DNA of 64,000 nt, taken from the IMG/VR virus record IMGVR_UViG_3300037308_000202, positions 11,159 through 75,158 of that record; one strand, given 5' to 3'. The notes under the pieces are model-generated. The model saw only the letters and a list, made by a program, of their open reading frames with translations, was not told the origin of the DNA and made no database searches. The position numbers and the translations under genes were made by a program. This stretch comes from a virus. Below, one piece after another: positions 1 to 8,197 of the stretch (position 1 is its first letter; each line of letters begins with the position of its first letter).

Positions 1-369
1 CCTCGAGCCAAGGATTTGGATCTTGGGGAAAATCGGTTTCGAAGATTTCGACGATCGTCGGTCGCCGTCGCTCAGCCCGAGCGAGCATCAGCCGAGCGCG
101 GTAGCCAGAAACCGCAGCGTATTTCGCCTCGTCCTGGGTGCGGCCCCAACCGTAGCGGCGCCGAAATGTCCGGCGGCTTAATTCTTCTGCCAACCGAACT
201 TCTTGCGCCCAGTCGTCGCGGTCAAAACCGAGCCGATCGATCTGCGTCATGCGCTTCATCTCAACGTTCCCTTTCCCACACATACGGCACTTTGCCGGTT
301 ACCACAACAATTTTTTTGAGGTTTTGCGCGACAATAGTTTTCCCCAATATTGACGCGCCGAAAATGACC

Positions 370-660
370 CTACGGTTTCAGATTTTGGGTGATCTCAGTC
401 AAAATCGACAACAGCCGCGCTCGAGCCGCGGTGCGGTCGATCCCGGGCGCCGTCCAGACCTGCGCCGCGAAGTACGCCACCGCCACCGAGACAAACGCGC
501 TTTGACTGACACCCAGCGCCGCGGCGATCTCGTCGACTACCTGCGCAGTCGCCACCGACGTACGCACCTCGAGCCGCTGCCGACCAACCACCTCGCCGGA
601 TAGCTCGCGCTGCCGACGGCGCACCGCACTAACAATACCGCGCCCCGTGCCCGCCATCAC
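370..660 (-). CDS. Ribbon-helix-helix (CopG-like) small DNA-binding protein
   Basis: 96 aa; RQRLEVRTSVATAQVVDEIAAALGVSQSAFVSVAV has the beta-strand + two-helix RHH pattern; 4-nt overlap with the primase gene. Confidence 0.55.
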   Translation of the reverse strand: MMAGTGRGIVSAVRRRQRELSGEVVGRQRLEVRTSVATAQVVDEIAAALGVSQSAFVSVAVAYFAAQVWTAPGIDRTAARARLLSILTEITQNLKP

Positions 661-1649
661 ACCGCCCCCAGCGACACGCCGCCAACGCGAACCGGTACCG
701 CTGCCGCCCGATACGCCTGCAGCTCGGCGCGCTCATGATCTGCCGGGTCACCCTGCCGCAAAAATACCGGCCGCACGTCGGCGAAAAACGCCGCGAGCCA
801 CTGCGCCGCCTGCCAAATCTCCGCGGCGGCGTCAGCGTCCCACATCAAATCAACGGCCCGGACGCCAGCCGCGATCAAGCGGCCAGTTTGCGCAGGCGAA
901 ATTTTCTTGCCAAACGTCGCCACGGCATCACCGCCCGCGCGTAAACAGTCCATAGGGCCCTCGACGATCGCCACGCGCGGATAATGGCGCGCGCGATCTA
1001 AATTCATCAACAAATCGCTGCTATTTGCCATGCCAGGATTTGCGGGAGGATTCAAACTTTTTCGATATTGCGATCCAGAAACCCCCGGCGGGCGCGGCCA
1101 CATTGCACGACCCTGAAAATAGACCAGGGCGCCATTTTCGAACACCGGAAAAATCAGCCGGTTTGCGTAGGTGCCTTGCGTGCAAAAGCCCAAACGCCAC
1201 TCTTGTGCGTCGGCCAGCGTAATTCGCCGCTCGGCCATGTAAGGCAAAACCTCGGTCACTGGTTGCCACGAGTAGGGGTAAGCGATCGGCACCGCCACGC
1301 GCGGCGCTTCCGGCACACCCACCGATGCCTCAAGGCCACCGACAAGCGCGCCCGTTCCTTTTGGCGCCACGTAATACTGGGCCAGCACCGCCTCGGCCCG
1401 CGCGCGATCCACCCCGTCCAAGACTTCGACCAGCGCGAGCACGCCGCCCGCGCTGTGCCCAACCCCCGGGCGCGTTGCACACACCCAACAGTGCCACTTT
1501 CGGCGCTCGGTATTCAGGGCAAGCTTACGCTTGCCGCACTGCGGGCAGTCGAGCAGAACTTCGCGGGTTGAGCCGTCGACGCCCCGAGCCGCCAAGTAGC
1601 GATCCAGGTCAAAATACCGCTCCAACTCCCACACCGACGGCATGATCAA
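657..1649 (-). CDS. DNA primase (Zn-finger + TOPRIM)
   Basis: N-terminal CPQCG...WHCWVC Zn finger, NRLIFP...YFQGR catalytic-core motif, TOPRIM IVEGPMDC and MWDADAA; same block as the DnaB-like helicase. Confidence 0.9.
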   Translation of the reverse strand: MIMPSVWELERYFDLDRYLAARGVDGSTREVLLDCPQCGKRKLALNTERRKWHCWVCATRPGVGHSAGGVLALVEVLDGVDRARAEAVLAQYYVAPKGTGALVGGLEASVGVPEAPRVAVPIAYPYSWQPVTEVLPYMAERRITLADAQEWRLGFCTQGTYANRLIFPVFENGALVYFQGRAMWPRPPGVSGSQYRKSLNPPANPGMANSSDLLMNLDRARHYPRVAIVEGPMDCLRAGGDAVATFGKKISPAQTGRLIAAGVRAVDLMWDADAAAEIWQAAQWLAAFFADVRPVFLRQGDPADHERAELQAYRAAAVPVRVGGVSLGAV

Positions 1650-2110
1650 GGCTCCCGCAAGCGACGCTCAAACCAAGCCCGCATCAGCGGGCGCGGCCAC
1701 GGGAAAAAATACGACGCCCAAAGCACCTGCACCGCACCCTCGAGCGACCAATCGCCGCCGCGAATGCTCACCAGCCAAGCCTCGCGCTCGAGAAACCAAC
1801 GGCCGGAAAAAAGCACCGGCAACGGCAAGAACACGCAAAGCAGCGCCGATTGATACAGCCCCAACGCCGTGCACTGTTGCGCAACGTGCACCATTTCGTG
1901 CTTTAAGACCGTGGTATGTTCGGACGCGAACGGATCCCGCACACCGACGGGGTAATAAATTGTGGGATCGCCAAACGGCAAACGGATCGTGGTCCAAAAA
2001 TCTGCCAGGAAATTGCGCACACCGAACAAGCGCAGCACGACGCCCAAGATCCGCATCAGCCAGGAATCGCCTTTGCAAATAAACCGCACATCGCCTTGGT
2101 ACTTCATCAC
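1646..2110 (-). CDS. Hypothetical protein with zincin-like HExxH motif
   Basis: VLKHEMVHVAQ plus downstream FLEREA; 4-nt overlaps with both neighbours indicate a real coupled gene. Confidence 0.55.
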   Translation of the reverse strand: MMKYQGDVRFICKGDSWLMRILGVVLRLFGVRNFLADFWTTIRLPFGDPTIYYPVGVRDPFASEHTTVLKHEMVHVAQQCTALGLYQSALLCVFLPLPVLFSGRWFLEREAWLVSIRGGDWSLEGAVQVLWASYFFPWPRPLMRAWFERRLREP

Positions 2111-3522
2111 ACGACCGCCCGTAATTGTCGCGGCGCCCCTAATTCCGGCGTCGTCGGTGTAGTGGGAGCGCTTGGCGAAACGATCCCGGCTTCCTCATAA
2201 ATTCGCATGCGCGCCATATCGGCGCGCACAAGCAAAACCTGGTCGGCCGCGTTCTCGCGGTACATCTCCGCGTATACACGCATTACGCCCGCACGCTTTT
2301 CGTCTTCGGTTTGATTCAAACTCCCGAAAAAATCGCCGACGCGCACTTTATCATAACAATCTGCAACCTGGCGTGATTTAATCAGGTGCTCCTCGTAATC
2401 AGCACCGTCGCGCGGGCGCTGCGCTGCCGCGGCCGTCCAGATCGCATAACCACGGTTGGCGAGCGACTTCATGTCGCGAAACGCAGCCTTTTGATTTTCG
2501 TAGTCACTGCGGGCGCGATGACGTGCGTTGAGCAAGTCACCGTAATCGATAATTACCAGCTCGGGCCGCCAATTGCGCGTTTGCCAGAGATCCCGCAAAG
2601 TGTCCTCGATATGCCCTACGTGGTAATCCCACTGGCTGGTGAACCCTTCGACAACCATTTTGCCGCGCAAAAAATCGTAATCACGCTGCGCTCGTTGATA
2701 TGACTCGATATCCACCGTGCCGTGCTTTACGCGTCCATAAATCTCGGCCATCCAGCACGCATCATATCGATTTTCGACTAGCCGGCGGCTGCCTTCCAGC
2801 ACCACGTGCAGAACGTTTTTTAGCGCCACGCCTGCAGCGGCGCGCCCATGTTGGATCAACATCGTTGTTTTGCCGATTTTTGGGTACGCGATCCACGTGG
2901 CCAGCTCGCCGCGTTTCAAGCCACCATCAAAAATCTTGTCCAGCCACGGGAACCCCGTTGGGATCCCTTCCTCGGTCGTATGCAGGTGCGTCCGTTGCCG
3001 CTCGCGAAATTCCAATTCGTCGTAAAACCAACCCCGATCGCGCGTTTCCCAACTGGTGCGCTGCAGCTCCTCCATTCGGCGCGCCATGTGGTCATAGGCT
3101 TTTTCGATCTGACCCCCGTTATAAAGGTCACGACTTTCGTGGAACGTTCGCACAAAAATATTACGCTTGATGAAATCGATCGAGGCATCGCGCAGCCAAT
3201 CCGCATCGCGCACCTGGGCCACGCGGATACGCTCGATCACCGACGACATCACCGCGGCGTTGGCCGCGTCGAGTATTCGGCGCGCCTCGTGGATCAAGAG
3301 CGTAAAGCTCGGCGCCGTGTGGTATTCATTCTGGTAGCGGTAAATTACCGAATAAATCCACCCAAGCGGCTGGGATTCGAAATGGTGCGGCCGTAAATGC
3401 GGCGCGATCGCGATGCAAAATAACGGATCGTCTAAAATCAAGCGAAGCAATGACACCTGAAATTCAGTGTCGAAAGGCATGGGTTGATCGGTCGACGCCT
3501 CGACCGATTTACGTGCAACCAT
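2107..3522 (-). CDS. dnaB: DnaB-like replicative helicase
   Basis: IPTGFPWLDKIFDGGLKRGEL, Walker A AYPKIGKT, Walker B LVIIDYGD, WTAAAAQR. Confidence 0.9.
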   Translation of the reverse strand: MVARKSVEASTDQPMPFDTEFQVSLLRLILDDPLFCIAIAPHLRPHHFESQPLGWIYSVIYRYQNEYHTAPSFTLLIHEARRILDAANAAVMSSVIERIRVAQVRDADWLRDASIDFIKRNIFVRTFHESRDLYNGGQIEKAYDHMARRMEELQRTSWETRDRGWFYDELEFRERQRTHLHTTEEGIPTGFPWLDKIFDGGLKRGELATWIAYPKIGKTTMLIQHGRAAAGVALKNVLHVVLEGSRRLVENRYDACWMAEIYGRVKHGTVDIESYQRAQRDYDFLRGKMVVEGFTSQWDYHVGHIEDTLRDLWQTRNWRPELVIIDYGDLLNARHRARSDYENQKAAFRDMKSLANRGYAIWTAAAAQRPRDGADYEEHLIKSRQVADCYDKVRVGDFFGSLNQTEDEKRAGVMRVYAEMYRENAADQVLLVRADMARMRIYEEAGIVSPSAPTTPTTPELGAPRQLRAVV

Positions 3523-3533
3523 GGGGCAGGCTC

Positions 3534-4157
3534 CTACGCTCGCGCTTGGTGCTGGCTTGCCTCAAGCCGAGTCAGCAAGATACCTACGCCAAAACGACCT
3601 ACCAACGCATGGGCGCAAGCGACCTGTGATGCGCAGGAGCGGCACCAACGGCTGCCATGGTGAAAACCCAGAGTCTCGGGATCTGCCATGCACTCGGCGG
3701 GCGAATGACCCATTCGAAAATGGCGCTCCTTGTGCGCCTCGACGGTCGCCGACAGATCGCGGTTTGGATCGTAGCTGGCGCCGGAACTCCCGCGATCCGC
3801 GTCCACGACCTCACGCGCGCGTTGGCGGAACAACGGCACCACCGCGCTCGCGTACAGGCCTTCCAGGCGCTCGCGTGCCGCTTTGCCCTGCGGCACAAGC
3901 TGGTTGAACTTCGGCGCGTACATCCACCTCGAGCGGGCAAAGACCACTGCCAGCCATCGACGCGGATTGTAGCCATGCTCGGCGCACCAACGCGCCATCG
4001 ACTCGAGCCCGGCCAGGCGCTCCGCCGTCGGCGCAAGCGATTTGATATGCGCGCCGCTCTTGCGGAGATTCTGAACGTGTCCGGTGTGAAAACGGTAGTA
4101 GTTGTAATCGTCGAGCAGCTCAGCGCCACTGACAACCGCAGACGTGGCCAAGGCCAT
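3534..4157 (-). CDS. Hypothetical replication-module protein (Cys/His-rich C-terminus)
   Basis: 207-aa ORF between the two helicases; C-terminal WCRSC...CAH; function inferred only from position. Confidence 0.5.
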   Translation of the reverse strand: MALATSAVVSGAELLDDYNYYRFHTGHVQNLRKSGAHIKSLAPTAERLAGLESMARWCAEHGYNPRRWLAVVFARSRWMYAPKFNQLVPQGKAARERLEGLYASAVVPLFRQRAREVVDADRGSSGASYDPNRDLSATVEAHKERHFRMGHSPAECMADPETLGFHHGSRWCRSCASQVACAHALVGRFGVGILLTRLEASQHQARA

Positions 4158-4288
4158 AGCGCACCGTCCCTTTCGCGCCCTTCACGCGGCGGACCGCGCG
4201 TTCCCAAGGGCCCGGAAGTTAGGCCACAAAACGTCGACGCGATCAAGAAAAATCGCACGGTGTGTAAAAAAGAATGTGTGGGAAATCA

Positions 4289-4318
4289 GCCCCGCGCGCG
4301 GGGAATAGCGCGCGGGGC
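4289..4318 (-). terminator. GC-rich hairpin downstream of the SF2 helicase
   Basis: gccccgcgcgc (4289-4299) and gcgcgcggggc (4308-4318) form an 11-bp inverted repeat; only a weak U-tract follows. Confidence 0.35.
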
Positions 4319-4402
4319 CAGAAAGGGAACGGTGATCCGCATGACGTGCTAGATCAACGTCAGGCCCCAAGATAGCACACCAATCTGCGTTTGCAACGGT
4401 TT

Positions 4403-5920
4403 TCAGCCAGGATCGCGGAACGGACCGAGGCCGGCAACCCAGGTCGAAAATTCGTAGGCATCCTCGAGCACTGCGGCCGTAAACGTAGGCTCCGCATGAT
4501 ATACCGCGAGCCGTTCGAGGCTATGATTCAGCAATTTTCTGTGATGTCGATCAGCAAAATCAACGATTATCGCGTATCGCTTCCCATGCGCCGCAGTCGA
4601 TACGCGGTAGGCATTTTGAATCAACGTCACTTCGGCCTTTTCACCCCGGGCATAAACCAGCGCATCAGCCGATGGCAGATCAACGCCTTCGCCTAACAAA
4701 CTGGTGCCAATCAACACCCCTACTTGGCCGGCCGAAAACGCGTCCACAACTTCCCGTTGTCGTGGCCTGGGTACGTCCGTGCTCACGTATTCGACCTCGC
4801 CGATCCGCGAATTTCGGCGGCGCGCCGCGCCGCGCGGGGCGGGCCCGGCGCCATTTTCAAGCAACCCCGCGATCAAATCTTGCAAAATCCGGCCCTGGTG
4901 TTTCGTACCCACCAAAACGAGCACCTGCCGACCTGTGGAGCGAAGAACAATTGCGGCCCATGCTGCCATTCTATTTCGGTCGACGTGCTCCTGCACTCCG
5001 TGTTTACCGTGCCCCATTTGGTAGGTTGTATTTGCCAACCCCCGTATTTTCGAGCTTTTAACCGGAAAAAATGCCACGTGCGTCGGCACCAGGTAACCCT
5101 GGGCTAAAAGCTCAGCAGACGTTATCCGAAATACCGTATCGGACAAATACGCGTGCAGTGCTAGTTCGTCCACCCCTGACCGGAAAAACGTGCCCGTCAT
5201 CCCATATCGGTGATAGACGTGCTCGCAATTATCAAAAACGTGGTGGTATGTCTTCGCGGCTGCGTGGTGATATTCGTCAATTACCAGAATTTCACGCGAT
5301 CGATAAAATTCCGCCGAAAGATTCCCTGCCGTTGCGGCAGTGCAGACCACGATATGTGATTTTGCCGCTTTATCCTGCTCCCCTGACCCGACAAGGTGGG
5401 TTGCGAAATTGTGACCAAAAAACCCGCCGAGTACCGTTACGGTTTGCTCAACGATGCGATCCGTTGGGGCGATCCAAATCGTCGGTAAGGCAAGCTCGTG
5501 GATTATTGCCGCCATGGTGCGGGTTTTCCCTGCCCGTGGTGGCATGTCTAACACACCGTAGCCAATTTTGATCGCTTGTCGTACAGCGTGTTTTTGGTAG
5601 TCCCTAAGCTCGATATTCACTAGCTCAGGCATGCCAATTTCAGGCCTTATCCGCCGGTCTTGGATAGTCCAAGAACACCGCATTTTTTCGGCAGTGCGTA
5701 ACGCACGAGATAATAGGCCCGTTGGAAACCAGATCGGGATCGTCTTGGGTTGGTGAAGGAAACAAACCCACCCATCCCAAGTCATGTCTGGGATTACGAT
5801 TCCCTTATCGCGCATCATAGCTACGTCTGTTGGGTAGCGTAATTCGCGATCTAAGGCTCGAATAAACGGGAGATCAGGATCGGTTACCCATGTCCTGTTA
5901 TTGTCCACCCAGAAAATCAT
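4403..5920 (-). CDS. Superfamily II DNA helicase (UvsW/XPB-like)
   Basis: Q-motif LRDYQ, Walker A PPRAGKT, DEYHH, motif III MTGT, GEGVDLP, motif VI QNAYRV. Confidence 0.9.
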   Translation of the reverse strand: MIFWVDNNRTWVTDPDLPFIRALDRELRYPTDVAMMRDKGIVIPDMTWDGWVCFLHQPKTIPIWFPTGLLSRALRTAEKMRCSWTIQDRRIRPEIGMPELVNIELRDYQKHAVRQAIKIGYGVLDMPPRAGKTRTMAAIIHELALPTIWIAPTDRIVEQTVTVLGGFFGHNFATHLVGSGEQDKAAKSHIVVCTAATAGNLSAEFYRSREILVIDEYHHAAAKTYHHVFDNCEHVYHRYGMTGTFFRSGVDELALHAYLSDTVFRITSAELLAQGYLVPTHVAFFPVKSSKIRGLANTTYQMGHGKHGVQEHVDRNRMAAWAAIVLRSTGRQVLVLVGTKHQGRILQDLIAGLLENGAGPAPRGAARRRNSRIGEVEYVSTDVPRPRQREVVDAFSAGQVGVLIGTSLLGEGVDLPSADALVYARGEKAEVTLIQNAYRVSTAAHGKRYAIIVDFADRHHRKLLNHSLERLAVYHAEPTFTAAVLEDAYEFSTWVAGLGPFRDPG

Positions 5921-5935
5921 GCGTTTTGCAACTCC

Positions 5936-6025
5936 AACTATGCAAAATTTGCATAGTTTTTCGCTATTTTATATCTATACCTATATCTAAATAATAGGTA
6001 ATAGATATAATATACTATAGGTATA
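5936..6025. promoter_or_regulatory. AT-rich region with palindromes; candidate replication origin/operator between divergent genes
   Basis: aactatgcaaa-a-tttgcatagtt palindrome (5936-5958); inverted repeats ttatatctat 5969-5978/atagatataa 6001-6010 and tatacctata 5976-5985/tataggtata 6016-6025; strongly AT-rich within a GC-rich genome. Confidence 0.55.
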
Positions 6026-6232
6026 TTGGCTCTAAATGCTCCCCCGCCCCCTAATGCCTTGGGTTGGCGTGGCATTGTTCGGGGGCAGGGGCGGGTCGGA
6101 GCAAAAGTATTTGGAATTTTTGGAAACAATCGAACGAGGGACCGAAAAGTCCCAATGCGTATCAATGCCGCCCTGCGCAGTTTCACGCAGACCCATGTCG
6201 ATTTTTTTTTCGCCTGGTTAGACTACCGCGTA

Positions 6233-6466
6233 ATGCCTACGTTTTTTCATAAAATTCATGCGGTCCGTGTAGGTGCTGATTGCCGGGTGATCGTCGACGG
6301 TCGGCAACTTTTGGCGAACGCAGGTACGTGGATCGTGACCGACCAGCACGGGCTAAGGCGTTGCCTTAGCCATGCCCAGTTTATGGCAGAGTATGAACCA
6401 GCCGATAATCTCGCGCGTGAGTACCTGGCCGCTGTTACCGTGCCGCTTGGAGCGCGTAACCCGTAA
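6233..6466 (+). CDS. Small hypothetical phage protein (PGDYG-like pattern); start uncertain
   Basis: ANAGTWIVTDQHG...F.AEYEP resembles the common phage 'GDWII...F...YE' family; alternative starts at 6155 or 6026. Confidence 0.45.
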   Translation: MPTFFHKIHAVRVGADCRVIVDGRQLLANAGTWIVTDQHGLRRCLSHAQFMAEYEPADNLAREYLAAVTVPLGARNP

Positions 6467-6932
6467 CGGCGACGATCGCGCCTGCCGTCACGACGCCGAC
6501 GCCAAACCAAAGCGCTGGCGACTCCCACCACCGCGGGGCCGCGTCCGCCGCCGCGACCTCGAGCACGCGCAAGCGCGCCTCGGCGTACTCGCGATCGGCC
6601 GCGCGCATCCGGGCCGCGTACTGCTCGGCGACCGCCGCGTGCTCGGCCGCCTCGCCGCGCACCAGCTCAAGCCGAGCGTCGCACTGTTCGGCCTTCGCGG
6701 TGAGCTTCGCCGCGGTCAGGTAATCCAGCAGCAAACCCGGGAAAGGGGCGATTTCGCCACTGGCGAGGTTTTGAGGGGCCTTTTGGCTCTCAGGGGTACT
6801 TCGACCAGGGGTCGGCTGAGAAAACGCAACAGACGGGCAGCTAGACGCCAAAAACAGCCATACACACACCCACCGCAACAGCCATTTGTCCACCAGCGCT
6901 CCAAATTGATCGAATTTCGCTGGCAATGTCAT
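6435..6932 (-). CDS. Membrane protein, possibly spanin-like/lysis accessory
   Basis: Hydrophobic N-terminus with Cys (LFLASSC), coiled-coil middle, C-terminal TM (ALWFGVGVVTAGAIVAVTGYAL). Confidence 0.45.
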   Translation of the reverse strand: MTLPAKFDQFGALVDKWLLRWVCVWLFLASSCPSVAFSQPTPGRSTPESQKAPQNLASGEIAPFPGLLLDYLTAAKLTAKAEQCDARLELVRGEAAEHAAVAEQYAARMRAADREYAEARLRVLEVAAADAAPRWWESPALWFGVGVVTAGAIVAVTGYALQAAR

Positions 6933-7270
6933 GTCTTGGTTAGCCGTTCTATGGCTTTAGCCATTGCTGCAGGATCGCCTTTTAACTTTTCTACCCTAGC
7001 CATCTCTTGGTTATTCAAGCTTTCGATTTTATCTAGGTATTTCTCGGATACAGCTTGCTGTGCGGCTTGTAGTCCTGACTTGGCTTCTATCTCGCGTGCC
7101 ATGTGTTCGGCAGCCAAGGCTCGAAACTCTACCTGCAGCAACTCAGCGGGGTTGGTGCGCCGCTGCATGGCGCGCGGTAGCAATAGCCACACCAGGAAGA
7201 ACGTCCCGCCGGCGAGTACCAGCAGCGGCACGTACCAGTACGTGCGGAGCCAAAGCCACGCCATAATCAC
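6929..7270 (-). CDS. N-terminal TM + coiled-coil protein (i-spanin-like)
   Basis: YWYVPLLVLAGGTFFLVWLLL TM followed by a helical region; 4-nt overlaps with neighbours. Confidence 0.45.
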   Translation of the reverse strand: MIMAWLWLRTYWYVPLLVLAGGTFFLVWLLLPRAMQRRTNPAELLQVEFRALAAEHMAREIEAKSGLQAAQQAVSEKYLDKIESLNNQEMARVEKLKGDPAAMAKAIERLTKT

Positions 7271-7575
7271 GGCGTGTTGTCCGTCGCGGGCTTTTCGGCT
7301 TCACCCAACGCAGGCACGAATTTGGCGCGCAAAACGTCGGTAACCTTGCTCCCAAACACGTACGCCGCGAGCGTATAAAACACCTCAAGCAGCCCTGGGG
7401 GCAAATTGGCTTCGGCGCCCGCGGTAAAATACCAGCGCGACCAGAAAACGAGCATCCAACCGAGCACAACCAGGAATGAAACCCGGCCCAGACTCACGAC
7501 TAGGACGCCGTTTTTATCTTCCAAAAAAAGACCGCCGATCCACTTGTATGCAAAAGCTTTGAATTGTTCCCACAT
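7267..7575 (-). CDS. Small two-TM membrane protein (holin-like)
   Basis: 102 aa, two hydrophobic segments, charged C-terminus; next to the fibre genes. Confidence 0.45.
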   Translation of the reverse strand: MWEQFKAFAYKWIGGLFLEDKNGVLVVSLGRVSFLVVLGWMLVFWSRWYFTAGAEANLPPGLLEVFYTLAAYVFGSKVTDVLRAKFVPALGEAEKPATDNTP

Positions 7576-7582
7576 GGTTACC

Positions 7583-7897
7583 TCACACGATCGAGCCAGT
7601 TAAAATACCGCGGTCGATCAGCGCTTGTTCCACCGCTCGGTCAAAAGCGGCGTCGCAAGTCGTGTCGCCGTCGACGATGATTGCGGCGTAATTCGTGAAA
7701 TCTTCGCCGACGAAAACCGTTGTCGTCGGGCGCAGGGCGCCCGGGACAAAGCTCCCACCGTCGACCGTGCCGTAAATCCACTTTACGCGCAGATATTGCG
7801 CGGTAGGATTTTTGGCCATGTCGGCAATTTGAACGTGCGTATACAACGCACCCGGGTCAACGTCGCCTGGGTCAAACGGGGTTGTCAGCAAAATCAC
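7583..7897 (-). CDS. Hypothetical protein (possible fibre-associated/chaperone)
   Basis: 104-aa ORF coupled (4-nt overlap) downstream of the fibre gene cluster. Confidence 0.5.
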   Translation of the reverse strand: MILLTTPFDPGDVDPGALYTHVQIADMAKNPTAQYLRVKWIYGTVDGGSFVPGALRPTTTVFVGEDFTNYAAIIVDGDTTCDAAFDRAVEQALIDRGILTGSIV

Positions 7898-8184
7898 GGG
7901 TTTTTCTCACTTTCTTTGGTTTCGGCTAGAATGCTCGCAATATCTTTTTCGTATTGTTGGATAATACCTCTTATTTCGGTCAAACGTTGGCGGATCTTTG
8001 CCGCGGCTTCATCGTGCGCGCGCAAGCCTTCGAGCAGCTCTTTACCCTCGCTTCGTAGCATTTGCGCGCGCTCGCAAATCCACGCTATCGAATTCGGTAG
8101 TGTAATCTCGGGCGCGAATTCGCCTGGTTCATCGTGCGCCAGAATGGCGCGGGCGGTCTGCTGTAGCTCTTGGTTTTGAGACAC
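7894..8184 (-). CDS. Hypothetical coiled-coil protein
   Basis: 96-aa ORF; directly follows the fibre gene. Confidence 0.5.
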   Translation of the reverse strand: MSQNQELQQTARAILAHDEPGEFAPEITLPNSIAWICERAQMLRSEGKELLEGLRAHDEAAAKIRQRLTEIRGIIQQYEKDIASILAETKESEKNP

Positions 8185-8197
8185 TTGGTTTTTCTCC

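Noticed and set aside
4286-4320. ccccgcgcgcgggg palindrome resembling a type I-E CRISPR repeat core
   Set aside because: Single copy, no spacers or cas genes; better explained as a hairpin after the helicase gene
6202-6210. T9 homopolymer as a phase-variation switch
   Set aside because: Lies upstream of the likely start (6233); a single sequence gives no evidence of length variation
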